Positions 8,237 to 18,130 of a DNA stretch of 41,709 nt are shown piece after piece. Every line of letters begins with the position of its first letter. The first letter of the stretch is position 1. The stretch covers positions 1 through 41,709 of the IMG/VR virus record IMGVR_UViG_3300037851_000280; one strand, written 5' to 3'. The notes under the pieces are model-generated. The model was not told the DNA's origin. It worked only from the letters and a program-made list of their open reading frames with translations, and made no database searches. This stretch comes from a virus (Duplodnaviria > Caudoviricetes). The translations under genes were made by a program, and so were the position numbers.

Positions 8237-11200
8237 ATCTCTTCCACCCAGCGGATGTATGCCTTGCCGTATGTGGCGCGGGCAAGCTCGGCCCGGTACT
8301 CAATCGCCTCTGGCGGCTCATTCACGTCTTCCGGTTCCATCGGTAGCACCAACTCCCTGGGTGCGCCGACGATGCCCCACTCTTTCCAGACAGGTTCGGA
8401 CCATGACACGGCCACACTGCTTAACGTTGTCACGGCCCGCGGGGTTATCGTCGCTGCGCCGCTGCTAATGTAGACAATTTGGTAGACTGTTTCGTCACCG
8501 GCAAGCGTAACGTAGTGCCCCGGCTCCAGCAGGTCCAGGTTATCCCCGGCGAACGTGGCCGATGTGCTACCGTCGGTGATACTGCCGGTCACGTCGGTCA
8601 GCGTGCCGTAAGTGCCCGCTTGCTCCACGGTCCAACCGATACCGCCCGGCTCGGTCGGGTTAGACCGTAGAACCGCGTCTCCGCCGTGCCATGTACCGCT
8701 GATAGGAATGCTGTCGCCGTGGTCGATACGCTTGGCTCCCCACTGGTCAAACTCCGTCGCGCCTTGCGTCCACCCCATCTCCGTGACAACCAGATAGTCA
8801 AGGGTGATTGTGCTGGCCCCGCTGGCCGTTGCGCTACGTGACTGATAGAACAGGCCCGGCCGGAACGTGCCCGCGCCCGTCTCGATGATGCCCTCTCCCT
8901 CCACCCAGTCGCCGCTATAGGACAATGCGCCTAGCGCAAAGCGGCCCGGCCCGGCCCCTGCCCCGCCGACGCGGTTGAAAGTGACGCTCCAGATGTCCGG
9001 GTCGTCTATCGTCGCGCCGGTTGATTGCGTGACCTTCGCCCGTACCTTGACGTGATAGCGGCGGTTGCCCAGTAACACGGTATCCGTGTATGCCTGCGCG
9101 TTCTCGGCCGTGCCGCTGAACGTCGCCGGATACGTGCCGACCGACCCGGCGACTACGGACAGGTCGCGGGTGATGTCGCCGGTCATCGTCCAATCTTCGA
9201 AGCGCCGGGTAGCAATCGGCCGGGTCGGGCTCCAGCCCTTTAGCGTCAAGCCAGGCGGGTACACGCGCAACGTGGCGCTACCGTCCTCATATCGCCAGCC
9301 CGCTATCTCCCAGCCTTGCGTGCCCGGCCCGTCAACGGTGACGACGGGATAGCCGCCGCCGAATAGAGTTTTACCCGTCGTTTCTTCCGTGGTTCTCAGT
9401 TGCAAGTGTCGGACGGATGAACCGTCGCCCGTATCTGTGCCGCGTACCACCCGGCAGTTGTATAGCCCGACGTAAGACGGACAGGCTATCGGATCGTCGC
9501 CGTCTATCTCCCGGTAGTAGCCGCCCTGTTGGATACTGATCTCGTTCGTGCCGTCGCTGTCATGGAAGTAACAGCCGTTGGCGATGACGTGCGAATAGCC
9601 CATGACCCGCAGGTTCTGTTCACCGTTGCCGTATGCCTCGCAGCCGGTCAGCATGACCGCGCCGCTGTACTCCACGTTAAAGCCTATCTTGGTGTTATCG
9701 TAGGCGACGCAATCGGACACCTGGACATGCTGCGCACCGTAGACGGTGATACCTTGCCAGTCGTTATCGTAGCAGCGGCAATTGGTGACACGGAAATGAC
9801 CACCGCCGACGGCCTCGACGCCGGGCAGTGGTTCGTCGTTGCTAATGCTTATCCCCGACCCGGCGATATTCCATGCCGTGACGTTGGCGATTGTCACCTG
9901 ACCGCAACCGCTACGCGTTTCAATACCGAACGCTTCCTGGTCGCTGGTCGCGTCTAGGTCGTGTATCCACACGTTGCGGATGATGACATTCAGCGCGTCC
10001 GATGTGACTCGTAAGCCATTAAACTTAGTATCCGTTCCCGTTAAGGCAATATTACTTTTGTTGCCGTCTATGCGGAGGCGCTCGACTTTGCTATTGCTCT
10101 GAACGTCAATAATGGCGTATTTGCGCGAGCCGCCGCTTAGGTAGTCAACCGATGCGTTAACCTTTAGGACCGTGCCGTACCCTTCGCCGCGTAGTACGCA
10201 ATTCTCCGGTAGGACGAGCCGGTTGCTATCATCCTTATCGTAAACGGTTATCTTGTACGTGCCGCGGGGGAAGTAGATCGTACCGCCGCCGGCCGCGTCG
10301 GCTATCTCCAGAACGTCGCGTAGCTTGGTCGTGATGTCTACCGAGCCGGTCTTGTCGGCTCCGTAGTCCATGACCATGTTATAGACTGGGTGCGCGATGT
10401 TCACGGCGCTGATGGCGTTATCCACCACTGATATAGCCGTATTGCCCGCCGTGGGCGCGGCCGAACCTGTCCCCGGCGCTAGGGGCGTGCCGCCGGACAC
10501 GGATACCCGCGTCGAGTTGACATCGCCGCCGCTGCGCATGATGGCTTCTTTCGCCCAGTAGTCTGCTACTCGCTGCGCTCTATCGGCGGTCGGCTCCGGT
10601 AGCACCGCGCCACTTGTTACCCGGTCGTTTACCTGAATCGTCGCCCGGATGGAACCAGCCGTGTCGGGCGCTACGCGGTAGGTTGCCCGGTTGATGACCA
10701 GCGCCGTGCCATCAGTCGCCCGGTTGATGGTCGTCGCCGGCCCGGTGAATTGCAAGTCGAACATTGTGCCGGGGCTGTATGCCTCATGCACAAAGGCGGT
10801 GACATCGAAGTACTCGCGGAAGGTCTTGGGATGGCCGTCGAGCCATTCAACCGCTTCTTTCAGAAGCTGGTCGGCTGTCTCGCGTATCTCATCTACCTTG
10901 TTCGTCTCGGCCCGGATATGGCTGAATGGCTCGGTCGTTGCCCAGACCTCATCATCTACCGTCCGATGGATGTAGGGGATACCCCATAGCCCTAGCGTCG
11001 CCTCATCCGTGACGACAGTGTAGCCACGCGCCAGGGCGGCGGCAACGGCTGTATCGGAGCAGTGGGATAGCGTCACCCGCTTGTCACCCGCGACCGGATA
11101 CAGGCGCGTGTAAGGAACCGTCTCTTTTTTATAGCCCGCGTCATCGACCACGGCGTAAAGGTTACTGGCCCATGTCGAGGAGGCCGTGCCCGCCTGGAAT

Positions 11201-12315
11201 AGCACATTGTCCGATCCCGAGATACCGGCCCGGTCGGGCGTGGCGCGCCACTTGATGAGCAGCCGCGGCGTGCCGTCGGCTTCAGGCGCGGCCAGCCGCC
11301 AGAATTCGCCCGTGCGGGCGGCGGTCAGGTTCAATAACTCCAGGACGCTTGCGCCCGTGGCCGGGTGACTTGTGCCGTCTGCCGTACCCTCGGCTAATGC
11401 GTCCTCAGGAAAATCAACCGACCAGCCGCCGGTCGCGTGCGACACGATCTGTGTCACGTCGTCCGTGGCGGGCATCTCGTAGGACTTGACCGTGATCGCC
11501 CTGCCCACGTCAACCGCGGCTGTTATGCCGGTACTGAGGTAGACCTTATTCTTAGTGATAGACGGGTCTTTCGCCGCAAGGCATACCAGCGTACCGGTGT
11601 TCATTGTCAGCGTGACTTTCGTCCCGGCAAGGAACGGCCCGCTTTCACCGTCGGTCACAGTCACTTCGCGGCGGCGGTATTCAATCTGATTGCCCGCGTC
11701 GGCATTGGCCGGGATGCGGTCCCACATGACATGCCGCCAGCGGCCTTCGAAAAATACGGTGTCACGGATGGTACTGACGTGTACCCCCGCGCCGCCGTTC
11801 ATCGTCACCCGCACTTCGTCGCCTATCCGGACAATGCCGTCGGGGTTGGCGACGGGAGATAGGCTATCGTTATTGCGCGGCGCGCCGACTAGCAGCGTAG
11901 TGAACCACGGCGCGGGGATGGCCTCGGCAACCAGCGACGATTCGGTTGTCTCTTCGCCTATCGGCTCCCATATGGGCATCTTCGCCAGTTCTTCGGCAAG
12001 GTCCGGCCCGTACACCCGCATGGTGTGATTCACCGGGTCTTCCTCCGACCCTTGAATGACGAACGCGCCCAGGTTAACGCGGTAGTTCGGATTAACCGGC
12101 TCGTATTGCCAGACCGTGACAATGCGGCCGGGCGTCAAGAACGTGGCAAGGTCGGTCTGAAGTGGGAACGCGGCCCAGCCCGCGCCGTAGCCGTTGCGGA
12201 CGCGGGTTATCTCGCCGCTATGTAACAGGATGTCGCCCACGCCGTTGAGAATGAGCGCCGTATCCATGTCGGCGCGAGTGCATACCCGCGCGTAGAGTGG
12301 TCCAAAGGTTGCCAT
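8233..12315 (-). CDS. Baseplate hub/Tal-like protein fused to a pectate-lyase-like beta-helix tailspike
   Basis: Position after Dit. NMVMDYGADKTGSVD...GGGTIYFPRGTYKI is a pectate_lyase_3-type start. C-terminal PISGTWHGGD...GW....GT.GT...WKEWG tailspike motif. Confidence 0.8.
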   Translation of the reverse strand: MATFGPLYARVCTRADMDTALILNGVGDILLHSGEITRVRNGYGAGWAAFPLQTDLATFLTPGRIVTVWQYEPVNPNYRVNLGAFVIQGSEEDPVNHTMRVYGPDLAEELAKMPIWEPIGEETTESSLVAEAIPAPWFTTLLVGAPRNNDSLSPVANPDGIVRIGDEVRVTMNGGAGVHVSTIRDTVFFEGRWRHVMWDRIPANADAGNQIEYRRREVTVTDGESGPFLAGTKVTLTMNTGTLVCLAAKDPSITKNKVYLSTGITAAVDVGRAITVKSYEMPATDDVTQIVSHATGGWSVDFPEDALAEGTADGTSHPATGASVLELLNLTAARTGEFWRLAAPEADGTPRLLIKWRATPDRAGISGSDNVLFQAGTASSTWASNLYAVVDDAGYKKETVPYTRLYPVAGDKRVTLSHCSDTAVAAALARGYTVVTDEATLGLWGIPYIHRTVDDEVWATTEPFSHIRAETNKVDEIRETADQLLKEAVEWLDGHPKTFREYFDVTAFVHEAYSPGTMFDLQFTGPATTINRATDGTALVINRATYRVAPDTAGSIRATIQVNDRVTSGAVLPEPTADRAQRVADYWAKEAIMRSGGDVNSTRVSVSGGTPLAPGTGSAAPTAGNTAISVVDNAISAVNIAHPVYNMVMDYGADKTGSVDITTKLRDVLEIADAAGGGTIYFPRGTYKITVYDKDDSNRLVLPENCVLRGEGYGTVLKVNASVDYLSGGSRKYAIIDVQSNSKVERLRIDGNKSNIALTGTDTKFNGLRVTSDALNVIIRNVWIHDLDATSDQEAFGIETRSGCGQVTIANVTAWNIAGSGISISNDEPLPGVEAVGGGHFRVTNCRCYDNDWQGITVYGAQHVQVSDCVAYDNTKIGFNVEYSGAVMLTGCEAYGNGEQNLRVMGYSHVIANGCYFHDSDGTNEISIQQGGYYREIDGDDPIACPSYVGLYNCRVVRGTDTGDGSSVRHLQLRTTEETTGKTLFGGGYPVVTVDGPGTQGWEIAGWRYEDGSATLRVYPPGLTLKGWSPTRPIATRRFEDWTMTGDITRDLSVVAGSVGTYPATFSGTAENAQAYTDTVLLGNRRYHVKVRAKVTQSTGATIDDPDIWSVTFNRVGGAGAGPGRFALGALSYSGDWVEGEGIIETGAGTFRPGLFYQSRSATASGASTITLDYLVVTEMGWTQGATEFDQWGAKRIDHGDSIPISGTWHGGDAVLRSNPTEPGGIGWTVEQAGTYGTLTDVTGSITDGSTSATFAGDNLDLLEPGHYVTLAGDETVYQIVYISSGAATITPRAVTTLSSVAVSWSEPVWKEWGIVGAPRELVLPMEPEDVNEPPEAIEYRAELARATYGKAYIRWVEEI

Positions 12316-12317
12316 AG

Positions 12318-12761
12318 CTAAGCCGACTTAACCCACACGCTAATCTTGTTCCACAGGCACTCGACGTATTGCACCTGTGGATAGTTACGCTTGAACGGGC
12401 GGCTAACCGTCACCGCCGGGCGTACGGCCTCCAGCCGCGCCGAGCATGTGTAAGTCGCGTCGGTTGATGTGGACGGACTGATGGCCGTAAGCGTGCCGAC
12501 CGTGCCGTCCTTATCGGTGATGCTTTTTAGCGTCGTGTTTACCGCGTCGGCGGTTGAGCCGGTTACACGAAAGACGGCCCGGCACATGCCCGCCCGTACC
12601 ACTGCCGCGTTAGCGCCGTCGGCGTCGAACTTGCGGCCGTCGGCAAGGGTGATCACCCGGCTAACGGCCTCATCGTAGTCCTCTATCGGCTCGGCCTGGG
12701 CAATGCTACTGGTAGACAAGTCCAGGCCGTTGAAGTCTGTAATCAATAGCTGTAATGTCAT
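12318..12761 (-). CDS. Putative distal tail (Dit-like) protein
   Basis: 147 aa immediately after the tape measure with ATGA overlap; call based on synteny only. Confidence 0.5.
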   Translation of the reverse strand: MTLQLLITDFNGLDLSTSSIAQAEPIEDYDEAVSRVITLADGRKFDADGANAAVVRAGMCRAVFRVTGSTADAVNTTLKSITDKDGTVGTLTAISPSTSTDATYTCSARLEAVRPAVTVSRPFKRNYPQVQYVECLWNKISVWVKSA

Positions 12762-14740
12762 GAGAGTGCCCGCCCCTCATTGCGCATGAGCAGTGCCAGC
12801 CGGTTCGCCATGCGTTCGCTTGCGGCCGTCAATTCCCGCGTGCCGACCTGCCCTGTGAAGTTATTCGTCACCGTGACCTGTACCGGCCCGCCTTGCGCGG
12901 CAGGTGCGATGTGGCCGGGCATCCACGGCACAAAGTCTTCGGCCCCACGCTCGCCTACGCGGTAGCGCCGTCCCGGTTCAACTGGCCCGCCTAGCGCCCG
13001 CGTGCCACCGTTGGCGTTCAGCTCATCTATGTTCTTTTCCCACTTCTGGCCGATGACCTTTGCAAAGAACGCCTGTAGCGCGGCCTCGGCCTCGGACGTG
13101 TCGGCGGTCACGGTGATATGCGCGTTTTGGCCGTCAAGCTCCATAAGCTCGGTCTTAATATCGCCCATCCTTGTGGCGGCCGTCTCGCTGGCGGGGATGA
13201 CCTCATCTGTCAGGTTGTCGGCAAACATGCCCAGTGCGCCGACCGCGCCATCTACGCTTATCTTGCCCTCGGCTATCATCTTGCCTAAGCGTTCGGCCTC
13301 TGCTGTTAGCGCCATTGTCTGAAGATACGCCCGCGCCTCTTCTTCGGAGAATACACCAGTTGCCACACCTAACGCGGCCAGCGCCGTGCTACTCGCCCCG
13401 GCGGCGGCGGCCTGATCATATAGGGCAGCGTTAAGGTTTTTGACATTTACCGCGCCGTCGCTAATGAGTGCGCTATCCGGTGAGCCCTGTATGTCGCGTG
13501 CGCCTTCAAATGCCGCGCCACTTTCCGTCCTTGCCCGAATCTCCCTTTCGGCGGCCTCGGCTGCCTGGGCCGCCGCGCTTGCGGCCCGTTCGCCCGCGTC
13601 GGCTATCCGGGTCGCGTTATCGGCGTAGTTGTCACGCGCCCAATGGTTGTCACTGGCAACGGCAAAGGCCGCGGCGGTATGCTCGGCGGATATTGCAATC
13701 TCCTCTTGATTGGCCTGGACTTGCTTAAGCAGCGCCGCAAGCCGTTGCGCCTCGGCCATCATTTCAGCGTCGCTGGATAAGCCAATTCCCTTAAACCCTT
13801 GCCCGCCCGCCGATATGTCACGGTCGGTTAGCCCCGCTTGCCTCAATTGCTCGCGTAGGTCAGCTATGCTGCTATTCGCGCCTATCTGTGCCAAGCCCTT
13901 GATCGGGATACTGACGATGGCGGCGGCCAGCGCGCCCGCGCCCTCGGCGGCGTATTTCATGCTGTCGCCTAGTTCTTCTATCGCGTCGCCGGCCCCGGTC
14001 AAGTCGTCTATACTTTCAATTAGCCCTTCGGCAAAGGCCATCTTAAACGCGTCGCCCGCCTCAAGCGCGGCATTCTCCAGTATCTTGACCTTACCGCCGA
14101 ATTCATCGGCCGCGCTCCCGACAATCGCCATTTTGTCTTTCAGCGCATCAAGCGTCGCCATGCGCATCGCTTCGCTGGTGGAATAACCCTGCTCCTCAAG
14201 TGCGGCCATTCGGTCTTTTACGTCCTGAATACCAAGCCCCAACTCTTGCAGGCCGCGGGTCGATCCAGTGTTAAGCGTCTTAGCAAGCGCCTCTTGCGAT
14301 ATGCCCAGTTGCGCCGACAGGCCGATGATCTCCTCTATCTCATCCCCGGTCAGGCCGAGGTTAAGCTGCATGATACCGGTCGCGGCGGCCATCGCCTCGG
14401 CATCGGTCATGAGGCCGCGTGTCGCTTCTCCCAACCCGTCGCGCATGGCGTCGCCGGTCGAGCCGATAGACGCGGCTAGATCGTTGAAGTCGTCACGCGC
14501 ATCGACCAGCGCGCCACCCTCCTTGAACAGCCCCCACAGTTGCTTACCGGCCAGATACGCGCCGCCGGCCGCTGCGCCGAATGCCAAAACGCCCGTACCG
14601 ATACCGGTCAGGGCGGTCTTCATTCGCTTACTGCCTTTTTCGGCTTCGTCGGCTACGCCTTTCACATCGGCTTTGGCTTTGTCCATCGCGCCTTTGCCTT
14701 TGTAAACGGCGTCCACCGCTAGCAGGATTTTAGGGTCCAT
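12758..14740 (-). CDS. Tail tape measure protein
   Basis: 660 aa, Ala-rich and helical, with C-terminal RALGGPV...YRVGERGAEDFVP motif; follows the chaperones. Confidence 0.9.
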   Translation of the reverse strand: MDPKILLAVDAVYKGKGAMDKAKADVKGVADEAEKGSKRMKTALTGIGTGVLAFGAAAGGAYLAGKQLWGLFKEGGALVDARDDFNDLAASIGSTGDAMRDGLGEATRGLMTDAEAMAAATGIMQLNLGLTGDEIEEIIGLSAQLGISQEALAKTLNTGSTRGLQELGLGIQDVKDRMAALEEQGYSTSEAMRMATLDALKDKMAIVGSAADEFGGKVKILENAALEAGDAFKMAFAEGLIESIDDLTGAGDAIEELGDSMKYAAEGAGALAAAIVSIPIKGLAQIGANSSIADLREQLRQAGLTDRDISAGGQGFKGIGLSSDAEMMAEAQRLAALLKQVQANQEEIAISAEHTAAAFAVASDNHWARDNYADNATRIADAGERAASAAAQAAEAAEREIRARTESGAAFEGARDIQGSPDSALISDGAVNVKNLNAALYDQAAAAGASSTALAALGVATGVFSEEEARAYLQTMALTAEAERLGKMIAEGKISVDGAVGALGMFADNLTDEVIPASETAATRMGDIKTELMELDGQNAHITVTADTSEAEAALQAFFAKVIGQKWEKNIDELNANGGTRALGGPVEPGRRYRVGERGAEDFVPWMPGHIAPAAQGGPVQVTVTNNFTGQVGTRELTAASERMANRLALLMRNEGRALS

Positions 14741-15041
14741 CGTCTATCTCTTCTCGCAACCGTTCTACGCGCATGACGGCCGCCACTATGTCGCCGTGCC
14801 GCTCTTGCCACCGGGCCAGCGCATCGCCTTCGTAGTCTGCCAGGGCATCACCGTAGGCACGTACCGCCCGGTAGACGTTAAGCGCCATCTCCATCGCCCG
14901 CGTCCACTGGACAGGCCAATCCAGCCAGCCGCCGCCGTCCGGTTGCCCCCAGCGTTCTATTCTGAATGCGTCGGTCAATTCGGACGGCATCGGCCCCTCG
15001 CCCTCGGCGGCATCGGCCGCGGCGACCGCTACGTAGGGTTT
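14730..15041 (-). CDS. Tail assembly chaperone, -1 frameshift extension (gpGT-like)
   Basis: Open in the -1 frame after slippery A AAC CCT: ...PYVAVAAADAAEGEG...GGWLDWPVQW. Confidence 0.7.
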   Translation of the reverse strand, partial: KPYVAVAAADAAEGEGPMPSELTDAFRIERWGQPDGGGWLDWPVQWTRAMEMALNVYRAVRAYGDALADYEGDALARWQERHGDIVAAVMRVERLREEIDDGP

Positions 15042-15442
15042 ACGGTCGTGACGGCAGTGTAAAAGGCTTCTACTGCATTCCTGACGCGGGTCAGCACGGT
15101 CGGGTGCAACGTCTCGACCTCGGCCGGTGATGCCAGCGGCGTGCGGGTGAACCACCCGGCTTTCATAGCCGCGACCACCGCATCTTCTCGCACTTCCCAC
15201 AAGGACGTTGATTCGTCCTCTTTACGCCCGGCGGCTATCTTGCGCTGCTCGCGGAAGTAGGACTTTAGTTCGCGGTTGGTAACGTCTTCCGCGTCCTTGA
15301 ATTCCCACCCGGCCGGCAGGTCATGGCCCAACACCGCCGCATGCCAGCGGCCGATGATGAAGGCGGTAAGCCCCTCATCATCGGCAAACAGATCGCCGTA
15401 GTGCTCGCGCAGTTCGTCAATCTTGTCCGTAGTCTCAGACAT
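15029..15442 (-). CDS. Tail assembly chaperone (gpG-like)
   Basis: TAATG coupling to the tail tube gene; lies between tube and tape measure; ends VNPT. Confidence 0.75.
   Translation of the reverse strand: MSETTDKIDELREHYGDLFADDEGLTAFIIGRWHAAVLGHDLPAGWEFKDAEDVTNRELKSYFREQRKIAAGRKEDESTSLWEVREDAVVAAMKAGWFTRTPLASPAEVETLHPTVLTRVRNAVEAFYTAVTTVNPT
15035..15041 (-). other. Programmed -1 ribosomal frameshift slippery site AAACCCT
   Basis: X XXY YYZ heptamer in frame at the end of the chaperone gene (GTA AAC CCT ACG TAG). Confidence 0.7.
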
Positions 15443-15891
15443 TAGGATACAGTCCCCCATGCCGGTGTAGACGCGCCTAGCGCCGGACGGAAACGGGCCG
15501 TCCACCGCGCCACGCCGTCGGCGTTAACCAGATACTCGGAGCAGGTATATTCGCCTTCCCATTCCGGGTCGCCCGTGGTCGGCGCGGCCCGGATACCGAT
15601 CTGAATCGTCAACGTCTTAGAGGTCGCGTCACTACCGGCGATCCCACTCATGACGGTGTGGGCACCGGTCGTGGCCGTGTTATTGAACGGCCCGCCCATT
15701 GTGATCTCGCTGTTGCCGTAGCCGGTAAGGTACTGCTTGATACTATCGGCGAACGTCGTCACCTCGGCGTCATCGAATGTCAGGCCGATTCCGCCGAGCG
15801 TGTCAACCGACGCACTAACGTCGCGGGCTGTGCCGCCGCTGTCATCGACTATCACCTTCACATATCTGCTATGGGTCTTTCCCGTCGCCAT
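15442..15891 (-). CDS. Major tail tube protein
   Basis: 149 aa, DDAEVTTFADSIKQYLTG tube motif, strong AGGAG RBS, expected synteny. Confidence 0.8.
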   Translation of the reverse strand: MATGKTHSRYVKVIVDDSGGTARDVSASVDTLGGIGLTFDDAEVTTFADSIKQYLTGYGNSEITMGGPFNNTATTGAHTVMSGIAGSDATSKTLTIQIGIRAAPTTGDPEWEGEYTCSEYLVNADGVARWTARFRPALGASTPAWGTVS

Positions 15892-15915
15892 TGATTGATT
15901 CTCCTATTTGCCGCT

Positions 15916-16695
15916 TTACCAGCGGGCGAAACTTACCCAGGGCCGTACCGTGCCGGCCGTCTTCGTGCAAGCGAACCTGACATAGCGGTTGACTGTGCCC
16001 GTGCCGTCTAGCCGCTCGGCCCCGGATGCGCTACCGTCAAGGGTGAACGTCGCCAGAGTAGACCAGGTGCTATCGTTGGCCGAATGCTCCACCCTCAGCT
16101 CGTAGTCACCACTACCTACCGCAACGGTCGTCTGCGCTAGATGCAGCTGCGCCGCCCAACCGCCGGTCGTGGATGCGCCGTTGTCAACCGAGCCGTTGCT
16201 TGTGGTCACGGACAAGTCTGCGCCTACGGCAAGCGCCGCGCCCCAACAGTGGATATTTTCATCATACAGACTGGACCCGCGCATTTGGACGGATGAGGCT
16301 AGCAGGTCGCCCAGGGCGGCCCCTTGCGTGAATTCCATCTGCTTCAGTCCGGCCATAAACACCGGCACGCCGATGCTAGGCGCGGCCCGGATGCCCATAA
16401 ACACGGACACGATGTGCTCCGCTTCGCCACTGCCCATCGTGACAAATGAACCGGGGTCAACCGGGCCGGCCGCGGCCTCCGTGTTATCCCACAGTACATT
16501 CACGTCACTCAGCATGACGTTGACATAGCCGAGCATGTACTGGCGCGAATCGTCGCCCCATACGGTCGCATCGAAGTCTTCAGCCGTCAGGCCCATGCTA
16601 CCGATTGACCGAACGTCGCCGGACAGGTTTGCCCCGCCGACTAGCAAGCGCCAAAATCGGGAGTGGGTCTTTCCTTCCGGGATAGTAACTGCCAT
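15916..16695 (-). CDS. Tail-tube paralogue with C-terminal extension
   Basis: Shares GKTHSR, GLT..D..T..D...QY..GY and GIRAAP..G.P with 15442-15891. Extra domain contains VEHSANDSTWSTLATF...RYVR. Confidence 0.7.
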   Translation of the reverse strand: MAVTIPEGKTHSRFWRLLVGGANLSGDVRSIGSMGLTAEDFDATVWGDDSRQYMLGYVNVMLSDVNVLWDNTEAAAGPVDPGSFVTMGSGEAEHIVSVFMGIRAAPSIGVPVFMAGLKQMEFTQGAALGDLLASSVQMRGSSLYDENIHCWGAALAVGADLSVTTSNGSVDNGASTTGGWAAQLHLAQTTVAVGSGDYELRVEHSANDSTWSTLATFTLDGSASGAERLDGTGTVNRYVRFACTKTAGTVRPWVSFARW

Positions 16696-16704
16696 AGAAC
16701 GCTC

Positions 16705-17106
16705 CTATACCAAGTCGTCGGCTACCCGGACGATTGACACCACGGCCCGATACTCAGTTTCACCGACGCTATACCTGTCGCCCGCCGTGACCGTGGCGTT
16801 ATGTGGCGTGCCGTCAAGCCAGTCAAGCAGGTCTTCGGCCACGGCGTCTATTGCCGTCTCGCCGTACCCGTCAAGGCGCACCGGCTCAATCAGGACGATA
16901 AGCCGCGCCTCGACCGTCTGCCCCGCTTCATCGAACGTATCGTAAAGACCGCCGCCCACGGCGACGGTCACACGGTCGATGAAGGCGACGGGTAACGTAC
17001 TGGCGGCCGGTGGCTTAATCGGCGGCGTGCTAAGCACCGTGCGCACACTGTCGCACTCTGCCGTAACCCCGGCCCGGATAGCCGCCTTGACTGTTGCTAG
17101 TCCCAT
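16705..17106 (-). CDS. Tail terminator/completion protein
   Basis: 133 aa in the neck-to-tube position. Confidence 0.55.
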   Translation of the reverse strand: MGLATVKAAIRAGVTAECDSVRTVLSTPPIKPPAASTLPVAFIDRVTVAVGGGLYDTFDEAGQTVEARLIVLIEPVRLDGYGETAIDAVAEDLLDWLDGTPHNATVTAGDRYSVGETEYRAVVSIVRVADDLV

Positions 17107-17522
17107 GCGCCACGCTCCACGAACCGCCGGATTGCCGCGGCCGTCTTGTCTATCGCGTCCGGTATCGCCTCTTCAATGCGCTCGCGGGCCAGCCACCACC
17201 GGCCTCTGTGCATCCACGCTTGCCCGCGCTTGTCACGGTCGCCAACGACGTACTTTCGATAGGCCACGGCGTTAACGATCCAAAACCGATTACGCTCTGG
17301 CCGCTCTAGTCCCCAACCCGCGCCCAGCGTGCCTGTCCGAACGTACTTGCTTTGTGGCGGCTTCGGCACGTAGTTTTCCATGCCGTATAACCGCGTGGTC
17401 ACAAGATCGCCCAGGCTGTCATTCAGCGCCTTATCCATGACATCCTGAACCTTGACGTTGAACGCGTCAAGACGGCGCACCAGCTCTTTGTCACCGGTTA
17501 CGGTGATGCGCATGTCAGGCAT
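17097..17522 (-). CDS. Neck protein, HK97 gp10-like
   Basis: ITVTGDKELVRRL...YVRTGTLG..W...NAVAYRKYV motif; start at MPD overlaps the upstream stop. Confidence 0.7.
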   Translation of the reverse strand: MPDMRITVTGDKELVRRLDAFNVKVQDVMDKALNDSLGDLVTTRLYGMENYVPKPPQSKYVRTGTLGAGWGLERPERNRFWIVNAVAYRKYVVGDRDKRGQAWMHRGRWWLARERIEEAIPDAIDKTAAAIRRFVERGAWD

Positions 17523-17910
17523 ATTCGCCCGCCTCATCCGCAAAGCTATCCGACTTGGTGAACGTGGCGACGGACAGATAGACCGCGCCGGTGTCACCGC
17601 CGCCGGTTGCCGCGCAGCGCTCGCGCCATGTGGCCGCTTGCCTATCCCAGTTGGTTGCAATGCTATCGGCCGGCAGCCCGTTATCGGTCAGGCCGAACGC
17701 GGGCCGCGACCGCCACGAAGCCGCGATGTATTCACAAGCCGTGGCGGTCGCGCAGGGGATATTCTCTTCGGACGATAGTAGGGCGGTGATGACTTCATTC
17801 GCCACGTTCGCCCGATTGGGCAAGACGCCATCATCGGCAACGGTATCGCCGATATTGAGCCGCACACGGTCAAGGTCGCTCGCCAGTGCCGAGTTGAACG
17901 TGAACGCCAT
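17515..17910 (-). CDS. Head-tail adaptor/connector protein
   Basis: DRVRLNIGDT...EVITALL...ATACEYIAA motif typical of adaptors; located after the capsid gene. Confidence 0.7.
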   Translation of the reverse strand: MAFTFNSALASDLDRVRLNIGDTVADDGVLPNRANVANEVITALLSSEENIPCATATACEYIAASWRSRPAFGLTDNGLPADSIATNWDRQAATWRERCAATGGGDTGAVYLSVATFTKSDSFADEAGEYA

Positions 17911-18110
17911 TAGAGTTCCTTGCCCTTCCGAGCCTTGCGGGTAACGGGCGGCGGCGTGTCATCCTTGACCACGACCGCCGCCACTGTTACTGGCTCCGCT
18001 TGCGGCTCGTAGAACCATTCACCCGTGTCGACCAGTTCTCGGCAATAGGCCGCGCCGTATAGCGTTAGCTTGTTGCCGTCCCTGTCGTAAAGGTAAATCG
18101 GTTCGCCCAT
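17910..18110 (-). CDS. Small hypothetical protein after capsid
   Basis: 66 aa with a basic tail; TAATG coupling to the next gene. Confidence 0.6.
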   Translation of the reverse strand: MGEPIYLYDRDGNKLTLYGAAYCRELVDTGEWFYEPQAEPVTVAAVVVKDDTPPPVTRKARKGKEL

Positions 18111-18130
18111 GTTAGCCTTCCGTCGCCCCC

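Noticed and set aside
4463-12315. Diversity-generating retroelement or invertible tail-fibre cassette
   Set aside because: No reverse transcriptase, invertase or TR/VR pair seen.
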